IMG/VR virus record: IMGVR_UViG_3300045988_159113
Reading direction: 5' to 3' (one strand)
DNA: 64,000 nucleotides
DNA from: a virus
Shown here: positions 7,477 to 19,300 of the stretch, one piece after another
Layout: each line of letters begins with the position of its first letter
Position numbering within the stretch: the stretch's first letter is position 1
Position numbers and translations under genes: made by a program
The notes under the pieces: model-generated
What the model saw: only the letters and a program-made list of their open reading frames with translations
Told to the model about the DNA's origin: nothing
Databases searched by the model: none

Positions 7477-10400
7477 ACTTTTCTCTTTCGTTTCTAAAAA
7501 CGTCTGGTTTGATAGCATCAAATGCTGGCTTGAATTGTCGAGATGCAGAGAATGTATTGATACATCCATCCCAGAAATCTTCATCACCAGTTGCAATTTT
7601 TAACCAATTAGATACCTGTTTCCCAGTCCATTCAAATGCAAATGGCGTCCAGTTTGTGATTGGTGTACCGATTGAATCCATGAAATTAAAATCAAAAGAT
7701 GCATTCCTTAATGAAGCAATTGCAATATTAGCTGCAGACAAACCAAGTCCTGCCATAAAATCATCAGATTTTTTGTTTTCATTCATGGCATCTTTCAACC
7801 ATTCTCTAAGAAATCCTGAGATAATAGTTCCAAATAATATCCACATCATCAAATCTGTTGTGATCTGTTTGATGTTAGATCTGAAACGTTCGCGTACATC
7901 CTTGTTGGAATTATACCACATTGAAGAAAAACCTTCTTGAATAGATCCTGTGTCATACATTGACTTTGCCATTGTAGATAACTGAAGCATCACTCCTTCT
8001 CTCCAATCTCCTACCCATTTGTATACAGGATATCCCGTGTCTTCTGTTACTGGTTCAAGATCACGACGTACATTGTTATCTTTATCAACTTGATAGTATA
8101 ATTTTTCACCTGTCTCTGGTTTTTCTATCTATTTATAGTGTCCTTGCAAAGTAACGCCACCAGGAGCAAGGAATAAGTTTTTCTTACCAGACCAATACGT
8201 CCTGAATTGCATCCACATTGAGCCAATAAGAGTTGACTATATCAATGATTTTTTTTCATGGGAATAATATCCGTAGATATTATCCGCTAAAGATTTCATG
8301 CTCTCTGCTTGTTTATTTGTATAAGCTCTAGGTAGTGGTTTGAATTTCCCTGGCTCACGTACCCATGGATTTCCATTTTCATCTTTAACTCCTTCAAGTT
8401 CAAACTACTCAGCCATTACGTCATACAGCGCTTTTTGGTGCTTGTACATTGGATCCGATGTGTGCCCGTTTACTAACAAAGTGAATCGCTTATCTGCTTT
8501 GAAATCATATTTCAATACACCATCAACTAATTTGTGAGCATCAAGACATCCGTCAGCTTCCATCTATGACCCAAAGATAATGCAACGATTATAGTAATCA
8601 GGACGAGAAGAAAACTTCATCAAGAAATTTGTAAAGTTATGAATTCCAAATCTGTCTGATTTAATCTTGTCACCATATGTGTTCATATCCATATCATTCA
8701 ATCCATATAATTCATTGATTTTCATAAATAATGTTGGATGAGATGAATCTCTAAACATATCTGCATACACTAATTTTGCAGCTTTAGTCATATTATGAAA
8801 TGTGAATGATTGATTTCCATCTGGCTATGTAATAAACAAACGAATATCTGTGAATAATCCCTGTAACATCTGATAGAAAAACTACACCGGAGATAACGCC
8901 AAAGTAGCTAGAGATGCAGCATAACGCAATGAAGTCAATTTCTCAGCCACACCTTGGTATCTTGGATCAATAATAGATTGGTTGAAAATTTTATTCATCA
9001 CATACTCTTTCAGGTACTGCCTATCATTTTTAAAACCAGAAGGATCATTTTGTAATGCAGCAGACATTGTTAAATGAATCATTGCTGCTTTAATCATTGG
9101 GAAAACACTATCCATATTTTCTTTCATAGAATATGCAAGATCGTGTTTTATTACCAATGTCTCAAGGTTATGCTCTATGTTAGCAATGCCACCCATATCA
9201 GCGATTCGTTTAATTCTATCAGGACTTTCGTCATTAGCAACGTTGAATCGGTTGATCATCTGGTAGAAATTTTCATTTGCCTATTGCTGTTTTAAATCTT
9301 TACTAGCTTCAAATACACCTTCAGCTTTCATTCTCGCCTATTCCCATGCATACTTAGGATTTAAATATCTGAATATTTCTTTGATATTAGATAATAAGCC
9401 CTTTTGAGAATGTTTTGAACTTTCTGATGCAACTTCAAGGGGAACACGAAAATATCGAATATCATGTTCATCTCTCATCTTTTGAAGTTCAGATTCTGTA
9501 TAATTACTATACCTGTTGTGATTTATCTCATTCAATACAAATTCAAGAAAATCGCGCTCTTCCTAAGTATCTAATGTGCTAGGATCAACAAAAACAAAAT
9601 CTCCGTCTGGAGTGTGTTGCGTCATGTTCACATATAGATCTGTTTGGTTTCCCAACGTGTGAGTTTGTAAACTTCCAAATCCCTTTGCCTTTTTAAGGTT
9701 TTCAACAAGCTTGCTTATCTTGATCATCTTACGTTGCATATCATCTCGAGTTAGCTGATATGCTTGTGTGACCATTTTAGTAATAGTATTTAGAGTTTCA
9801 CTTGAAAGATTTCCAGGGTTATCTGTATATGTTCCAGATATTCCTTTTGTTAATATATTCGTACTTTCTAACCATTTAGAATGATCCCTGAGCTATTGTC
9901 TGAATTTGATTCCTCTTTTATCTGCTAAAGCAATAATAACCTGATTATATAACTGCATATGTTTCTTTTGTAAATTTGAATCTTTTACACTTTCTGTATC
10001 AGCAGCAAAATCATTTTCAAGCCTTTTTCTTAATTTTTCAAGTTCTCGAATTTGTTGCTCTGGGTTTTCAATTGCGTCATAAAAAGAACTGAGCGCATCT
10101 GTATATCCTGCAAATTGATAAATTTCTCCTTTGAAATTACTTGCTTTTCCTTCCTACATTATACTCTTAAAAGTATTAAATGCAAGCTGATATTTTGATG
10201 CAAGTTGTATATTCCCATTTTTAAAATTATCAACTTCAATTGGATCAATATCATTCAATGCTTTCCAGTTGTACGCAAGCTCTTCATTGGATAATGCTAT
10301 ACCATAAGCTGATCCTGGATTCATTACTTCGATACCTGTAACTTTTACATCACCAACGTCACCAAGAGCATTCAACAATAGCATTGTTTCTATGATTTCA

Positions 10401-12268
10401 ATATTACCAATTGTTGCTTCAGCAATAAGAGAGTCAGCTTGAGACTAAAAATACACATCATCTCGTCCAATACCAGCGCAAAGGTTTTTCATAATGCCAA
10501 AATTCTTTCCTTTATTACCCTCTGCTTCCTAGAAAGTCTTTGCATTATACAAGCCATAGTCAAGATTTTGTGTGGAAATTCTTTTGATATCCAATTCATT
10601 TGTTATAACATTACGCAACATGATAACACCAAACTACTCGGCTGCATCGCAATCAACAACTTTCCATTGCTTATTGCAATACTTTGCAAATCGCTCTTTG
10701 AACCAAGTTGCAGATAATCCGTGATGATTTGCTGATGCACTTGGGAATTTTACTTCTGATGTTTCATTTTCAATTCCCTCTTTTAATGCTGCAACAGTTG
10801 CATCATATTTTATCATTCGAAGGTTTCTGTCATCTTCAATGTATTTCTTAACCTAAGCCATCAGCGTTGCTTCTGCATCAGGTCCGGCTTTAACAACAAA
10901 AGTCTTTCCAGAACCTCCTCCATATGTATATGAAAGGTTGCCATCTTTATTTGGAGTGAATCCACCAGCTTCGTTTATTTTATCTCTTAGCCATTTGTCG
11001 TCAACCTTTCTTCTATCTGAATATGTGGGAAATAATCTTGCCATTCTATCTTTTACCTTTGTTAGAATCTGATCTGCTGGTATTGATATGCTATATTTGA
11101 ATGGTAAAATTTCATTCAAGTTTGCTTGTGTCCTTTCATTAGTTAACTATACAGTGATATCTTTCAATCCCTCAGTTTTACAATTTTCAAATGAGAATTT
11201 GTCTGTTGTTTCATCTAAATGAAAGCCATCCATCTGAATAGGTAAAACATAAGCCTTCTTGTCTTTCATGCGCAAGCCTAAATCGGACAACATTCTTTGA
11301 TATAAACCAATCTGATGAAACACTGTAATTTGTTTTGCGCTTGAATAATCAGAGAAAGCGTGAATAGATGTTTTGTAATCCACAATGTGCGTTTGTCCGT
11401 GTTTATCAATAACTACCAAGTCAGCAATACCATAGAGTTGTTGTGTGCATTTTGATGCGCCAATATGCGATTTAGCAGTCAAAGGCATCTCGGTGTAAAA
11501 TGTCAATGGACCCTACAACGAACTATTCAACTAATCATAGAATGTTTTTGCAATATCAATAACCTATGAAATCTAATCTAAAGATATACGTTCTGCATTC
11601 TCCGGTTTTAACATTCCATGTATCTTGCGACGGTCTGCATCTGAATTTGCGCCTAATGTCTACAGCCTTATCTTATATTCTTCGCTCTCGCCAGATACTT
11701 TCTAAAATAACAGTTGCAAAACTTCATGGATAGCAGTTCCGGTATACGCTTGTTCTTTCCATTTCCTTGTTATTCTTTTCCTGTAATCTTTGAATGTCGC
11801 ATCATCTCCTTTTGCTAATTTATGAGTTGTGCCATCATCTCCTGGACCAAACAAGTATTCAGCAACATCTTTTGAATATTCACCTTTTTCGAATTTTTCA
11901 CGAAGATTTTTCCACAGATTATCAGAATTGAATTCAGGGACCATATGATCTCCATTGATATTTCGAACAGCACCTAGAAATTTATTCACACCAGTATAAG
12001 GAGCAACTTCGCCATTCAGAAGGTTTCCATCATCATCGAATTCAGCCCTATTTGAATGCATGAACTCATTCATCTTTTTACGCAATTTGGATGTCTCTTC
12101 ACCATGTTTTTTTATCAGTTCATCCGCCTTTATTTGCTGTTCGCTAATACTGAAAACAAGATCTTTGTATTTAGCATACAGCTCACCTTTCTACATCAAA
12201 AAATCTTCAAGTTCAAGTTCAGATGTGAAAGGATTAATTCTTCCTTTTATATAATATACACAAGCCAT
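7475..12268 (-). CDS. 1597-aa giant protein with N-terminal RecB/Cas4-type PD-(D/E)xK nuclease domain and C-terminal hydrophobic segments
   Basis: One frame runs from ATG 12266..12268 (GGAGG about 10 nt upstream; TAATG overlap with the upstream gene) to TAA 7475..7477. It contains 23 in-frame TAGs and no TAA/TGA (hand-scanned). Motifs: GTAIHE, IADLVVID, IVDYKT, QIGLY. Confidence 0.8.
11300..11740 (-). other. PD-(D/E)xK nuclease core motifs
   Basis: GTAIHEVLQ (11723..11740), D in IADLVVID (11420..11422), DYK (11372..11380) and QxxxY in QIGLYQ (about 11300). The core is interrupted by six in-frame TAGs. Confidence 0.65.
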
Positions 12269-13341
12269 TAGTCACACACCTCCTTTAATTGTCCAGATTT
12301 AAGCATTGCTGATTTCATATTGTTCAATTTTCTATGTATAGAACTATCTTCTAATGGAAAAGAATTCACTGATGTCATCTTTGATGAATTGACTAAATCA
12401 GCAATTTGTTTCAATGAATATTTCCCAATATCCTATAGTTTAAGATCTCGTATTCCAAAAGAGCCTTCTAGCATTGTATCTATCATTCTATTAACCTAAA
12501 ATTGAACTTGATATGCAATATCAGGATCTATAGAATCAAATACAGATTTCTGGCCAGTTATAAATTTAGAGTATTCAGTCACAAAGATTTCTTCATTTAT
12601 ATCATTCCTTGATCTGTTAGGATATGTGCGCGCCATTTTCTCATAATTAGGAAGCTATTCGGATAAAGATATGAGTTGCATATAAAGATCAGGCTTTGCA
12701 AACCTTAGCTATCCAATAAGCATGTGAGACAATTCATGTATAGGAGAATCAACAGAATAGTTGTTCATGTTTATATATATCTACCCATTTAGAATGAATG
12801 CTTTTGGATTTGGATCTACTGCTATCACATCTTTAAACATTGGATCATTATGCAAATCATGCAAGTATACCTATTTGAAATGTATACCATACAAAGTTGC
12901 AAGTTTTCCAAATGCTGTATCAAGTATAATTTTAGAATTAACTTCCTCGTCAGGCTTGTATCTAACTTCAAAATTATTGTTGTATTTACTTGGACGGTGT
13001 GATATATTAACAATTGATGTTTTATTTAAAGGTAAAATATCAAATTCCAAATCATTATATGTATCTTGAGTATTTAATAATACAACAGCCTCATCAACAG
13101 TGTCAACCTGAAATTTATCTGTCAATTTAGATGTTTCTGTTGTATTGTTTTCTCGCAGCTCTAAAAATTCACGAGCATGCTCAGTAGTATCAGATCCATC
13201 TATTTCTGCTGGAGTCGGCCATCTGCCATTATGCTTGTCAGCATAGTCGATTATTTCTGCTTCAAGAAATAAATCAGAGAGACCGGTCCTCTCACTCAAG
13301 GACCGGTACTCATAACTTTTTTTATTTATACATGCATTCAT
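12268..13341 (-). CDS. 357-aa zincin-like (HExxH) metallopeptidase
   Basis: ATG 13339..13341 lies 2 nt after the TGA of the upstream gene. It ends at TAA 12268..12270 and has six in-frame TAGs. The motif SPIHELSHMLIG places HELSH at 12724..12738. Confidence 0.7.
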
Positions 13342-13343
13342 TT

Positions 13344-16300
13344 TCAACAACCATTTTGTTTTTTCTTTTCTTGGGCTTTTATTACTTTAATTAGTGTATC
13401 TCTACTAATTGTTGCCGTCTTTTTATTTCTGCTTATTATGATCGGATTATTTCTTCCTTTTAACTGTTCAGCTGGAATTTTACGAACTCCATCAGAGAAT
13501 TCAATTTCAAAAGAACTCAATTTTCCTGCATTAAATTGTACAGAAATCCTTGGATAGTATTTTCGTTTTTTGCCATCTTCCTATTGTTCTATTTCTTCGT
13601 CTGGACGTTTTCCAAGTTCAATTAATCTTCTACTATCGCCTATTTCTTCAAGATTAATATTCTCAGAATCATTTTCTGGTTTATTCATATCTATTTTTTT
13701 CTTGTCAAACGTCAGCTTCTTTTCTCCATTTTCATATGTAATCTTTACAGCGCCATAACCAAAAGTGTATGATGATTCCATTACATCATTACGATTTCTG
13801 ACATCATAAATTTTGTGATAACCATATTTGTCTTGATCTGCGGCATAAATAATGATGAGATCTTCGCCATTTGGACCTGTGAATTTTACACGACTTGATT
13901 TTTGTAAAGAACCAGTTCTGAAGTACTAGGTATCAACTTTGGACCTTATTTCTTCAAAATTAGAATCATACCAATTTGCCCTTCTGATTTCTTCCGTGTA
14001 TTCGAAATCATATGGTACATCGTAATATTCATCTTCATCGTAGTAACTGTTTCCTTTTTTAGAAAAAGCATCCATATTTCTCAATGTTGTCCATTCTCCA
14101 GTATGCGGATTGCGCTTTCTAACATATCCACTGTTTGCTGTCTTTGCACTAAAAATAGGAACAACATAAGGAAGAACATCTTCCACTTTTATGTCAGCTG
14201 TATTGTACCCAACAGTGTAGCGATCGCCATGTTTATCTGCTTCAGCAATGAATTTCTCAAGTTCAGAGATTATTCTTGAATTAGAAGCATCAACCAATTT
14301 TGTGAAAGTATTTTCACCTAAATTTCTGCGCTAGGCAATTATATTATAATATGCAAAAATATCATGTATAGGAATACCTCCATATGCAACAGTGCTCAAT
14401 CTCATGTATGCATTGACATATTTGTCAAATATGTGCTAATCTATTTTCTCTCTTGGAGATAGATTGATTGTCGGAATAGAGTAGTACAACTCTTCATTAT
14501 GTGAAACCGTTTTGTTTGACGATACAACACCAAGACCTGCAACAAACTCATTTCCTGAGAATTGTGCTTTCAAATATGGGATAACATCCTATTCAACCCA
14601 AGCTCTAAACGATGCATTGTTGATATCAGAACCAAGTACCAACTCAATATCACCTTCCGTCTATATAGAATTGCCATCCTAATCAAAAACGGTTCCACCT
14701 TTTGGAATCTTGAACTTCTAGTTCTTTGAAACAAGGAACTCATCAAGCATAAGATCATCATAGAATCGCCTCAATCCTTTAATTATATCTGTATCAGATA
14801 CAGATGATAATTTTAATTGAGTCTTTACTTTTTTGTAATTATCCAATCCAAAGCGATACTTTGCAGATCTCAAACTTGCTCTAGTGGAAACTGTCAATGC
14901 CTTCAAGAATCCGTAGACATCCTCTTTCCCGAAAATGATTGCGAGAGAATTGAATGCAACTTTTTTGTTTTCAAAATCTTTGATTGCTTTATCTCTTGCT
15001 TCTTTATTGAAAACAAACTGTTCCAGATCGATAGCATTATCAACACCAAGCATTTCTTCAAGAGAAATCAGCATTCTATCTGACGAAATTTCTTCGTTTT
15101 TAAGACCTTGGTTCAAACTCAGAATCTGACCAAGAGTTTTCATCTCTTGTGCTCCTTCGAAAAGTTTTTTGAAATCTTTGAACTCTTCTTTATGTGCATT
15201 AATCACTTCTGCTTGAGTCACGTATGTGATTAACTCATCAATAGCATAGCAAACTTTTGCACTGAAATCTGTACGTCCAGCTCCTTTTCGTGCTTCTATA
15301 TATTTAGCTTTTAGTTCATTCAAGGAAGCGATTTTTTTCTCAGGTGTATCATCTTGATTTTTAGACATTACAGCTTTTTTCAATATTTCTTCACCTCCCG
15401 CTAACTGACATAACTCTTGATATACAGTTTTCTTTGTTCTCTCTCCATTTTGAGACATGAAGTTGTATTTGCGTTTCAAATAATCCCATGGTCCTTGTTC
15501 TAAATAACTAAATACACCAAATAACGTATTGAAAGAATCAGTTTGATCCGTGAAACTGTTTGCTTGCAAAATCTATATGGCAAGATCTCCAACTGGTCCC
15601 ATTATGATCTTTGTAAGTGTATCAACTGGAACTCCAATCGTTACACCAAAGATATACATACCTAATGTTGCAGGATTTGCATTCAGCTTGTTCAAGCTCA
15701 AATCCTTGGCATTATCCACAGATAAACTCAATAATGCACTGACAGCAAGAGCAGGATCATTCTATGCTCCTGCATCAAGCAATTTTCTCAGCAATTGAGC
15801 ATTTAGTGTATTTGGAGATTTTGGTCTTACGTCAGAAGGCAGGCCATAATGTCTCCCGTTTATTGTTATATTAAAATACAGAGAATTTTGTCTTGGGTCT
15901 TGATCTGAATTCATTATCAAATCATAGTAGTACTATATAGCAGACAATGCTTTCAATCCAACAGCAGCAATAGAAATACAATCCTTACCAACTTGGTTCT
16001 CAACAATACCATTTGCTTTTAATGTTACAGAACCAGGTTGTCTGTATTCAATATCGTTTTTCTTAGATGTATCTGCAATTTCATTCCATTCATCCTTACA
16101 ACTATCAATAGGCGTTCTTGATTCAATCATATTCGCAGGATCTTTTGATACTTCTATCATGGATGATATCGTGATATTGTTTGCAATCTATCTTTGTACA
16201 TGCGGAGATTTGATCCTTCTCAAATACAAATTGTGTTTATTGAAAATATACAGTAATGAATTATTGAACTTTTTAATTAGCTCTTCATCAGAAATACCTC

Positions 16301-19300
16301 TTGTACTATCAACAAATCCGTACTATTCTAATGTATCACGCAAATCTTTTGTGTCTGAAGTGTTTAGTTTTATTAACTTTGGTACAGTCTTCAACAATGC
16401 TATAATACTTGGAATGTTGACTTTCTTATCTAATTCAAAGAAGATATGTTTCTTGTCAGATGGTTTGAATAACCCGCCAAACTATTTGAAATAAGTAAGA
16501 GCTTCATTTGCACTCGTTCCATCCAAGTATTCAGTGTCATCATTAGAAGACTACATGTTATTTTCGCGAATCTTATACTCAACAGATGATGGAGCAGGAA
16601 TTCTTCTTGACTGCTGAATTTCCTCGTATGTATCATATTTTGCATACGGTGACCACAAATACAGCTTTCCTCCTTTATCAACAGAGTATGTAGCTAATGA
16701 TACAGTATCAATATCATAATCAGAACCTTGTAACCAAATCTGATCAGTAGATACGAATGCATTATTTACGTCACTGTCTACAAATCCAACCACACGCATG
16801 GGCATGAAAGAGTGCTGACACTATGCAGGAATACGAGATGCTACAATATCAAGTGTTGTTTTAAAAGATGCATACATTCTCAATCCTTCTGTTCTAAACT
16901 TTTCCAGTAAGAATTTCGAGGAGCTGCTAGACATAGATTTCAAATAATCTTTGAATACCTCTTTGATTTGTGCGCTCTCGCTGCTGTCTTTCAATTCATC
17001 TATTATATTGTTAAGCTATTCATTTGTTCCTGATTCATATACAGAAAAACAACGATCAATATACCGATCTATATTTGTATCATCTACATTGTTGCCCAAA
17101 GTTATATAGCTGTATTTGATATTATCCAAATAAAGTTCTGGATTATCTGTGACTATAATCTTCTGGCAGTACAAGTTATCCACAATAATTTTGTCATCAT
17201 TTCCAATTTGGAATAATTCTGCACCATTATCACTCAGCAAGATTTTGTTTCCGTTTATATCTATAGTTGTGCGTGGAGATATTTCGTGTACATCTTTGAG
17301 TTTCTTGGCATTAGCTTTGCTAATAATATAAAAATGTTCTCCTGTGATATTTTTGAGACATATATCATACAAATTCTTGGAAAGGATACCGTCCCAGTTA
17401 TCCATTAATCTTTTACCAAAAAATCCTAAATAATTAATATCATTAGTTGGTGTTTCGTTTTCTATGAAAGATTTAGATTCATAAGAATCCAAAATATTAG
17501 ATACTGAATCGCCTGCTTTTAATCCGTAAACAGTTGCCATAACTTTTGGCATCACAACTTCATATGGATCACATTCAACTGTTGATCTATCTACATCAAC
17601 TTCTTGTCCGTTTATTTTTACACGAGTCCGATTTGCAACAATCTGCCTCAAGATCTCTTTTTGCAAATAGAAAAATTCTGGTGTAAGTTCAAGGATTTTC
17701 CCATTGATAGTCAATTTACGTTCACCTGTTCTTCCAAGTACATAATTTACCCAGTCGCGAACTCTATCACAATATGCGATTGTATTATCAAAACCATCAC
17801 ATAATTTGTCAAATTCAGACAACAAATCCGCAGTGTTTTGCGATAAATTATTCAAATCATACTGCGATTCAATCCTAAGTTTAGAATCAATTTCTTTTAC
17901 GACTTTATTAAATCTTTCTTTGTCAGAGATTACTCCATAATCAATACCTACTGTTTTGATTCCAAATGATATCAACTCATCAAAATCTGGCTAATCTGAG
18001 GATTTGATTTTTTTGATTATTGATTTCAGTTTGAATAAGTTGCGAATTGAATCAATATCCATAAGCTGAAACTTATTTCCAGAAGTATCTCTGAATATGT
18101 AGTTTATACTAGACAATTCGTGTCCAGCATTAGCAACCTCTATGACTTTAGAAATTTTTCCTTCGTTAATCTATTCAGTTAGAGCGATATAATCTTCTGC
18201 TGATGTAAGCTTTTTCACCTTAATTCTAGCACGGTCATATATCTATCTTGCTTTTTCCTTAACTTGTTCATTCGTCAAATCTTTATTGAAATGTTTTTGT
18301 AATGCTTCATAAATTGAAAGTTCAACATATTCATTGAATGTTTGATCAGGCTCTCCGAATATTTCAAAAACATCTTTCAGATTCTACAAATCAAGTAAAA
18401 TTTGAGACCCTTCTATTCTGACACCTTCCTTTATATTTTTTCTTGTATCTCGAATTCTTATGATATCAAAATCATTGTATTTGGTAACATTCTCATCGTA
18501 TTTCCATAAGTTGGGTATAATTTTGTATGTCTTACCAATACGGATTCGTGATGTATCTATCTTCTTGAGTTTTGAATCAGATGCTAAATCAATGCCATTC
18601 TCTTGCATATATTGTTGCGATTTCATTTGTGAAATATCAGCAACATTTACATTGTTTGTTGGCTTTACCTTTACAACTATATCTCCTGGATTAGCATCAA
18701 TTGAATCACCAAATTTCTACTCTACAAGTTCATCCTTACCGATAGCATAGACAATTGGATCTTCAAGAATTTCGTATTCAATATCATTTGCATCATACAA
18801 CAAATCACCTTTTCTGAAGTCAAAACGATCATTGCTGTCTTTGAAGTTGAATGACACGATCATCGTATTATCTTCGCTGTTCTATTTGAACGATTGAAGA
18901 CCTTTGACGTTATATTTACGTGGAACTTTTACAGGTCGTTTCTATTCCAAGAAATGATTGTTTTTCTCTTGTAAGTTTTCACGAAGTGGGTTGTTATCAC
19001 TGCGCATAATAACAGCAATATTTTTTGCTCTAGTCAATGCGGTATACATCAGCTTGGATTTAACGTCATCTGTTGTCCGTTTGTTATGCATAATATCATC
19101 ATGCTGAATAAGGACAACATCATAAGTAGAACCTTGCGCTTTATGTACTGTTGTTGCATAAGAAAGTCCAACATCAACAGCATCATTGTCTTTCATCCAT
19201 TTTTTCAATCCTGGATTATTTTCTATAAAACGCTAGCCAAATTGCATTTCAGGTATTACAGTCAAAGAAACCGTATTGCCATTTGATAGTTCTACCTATA

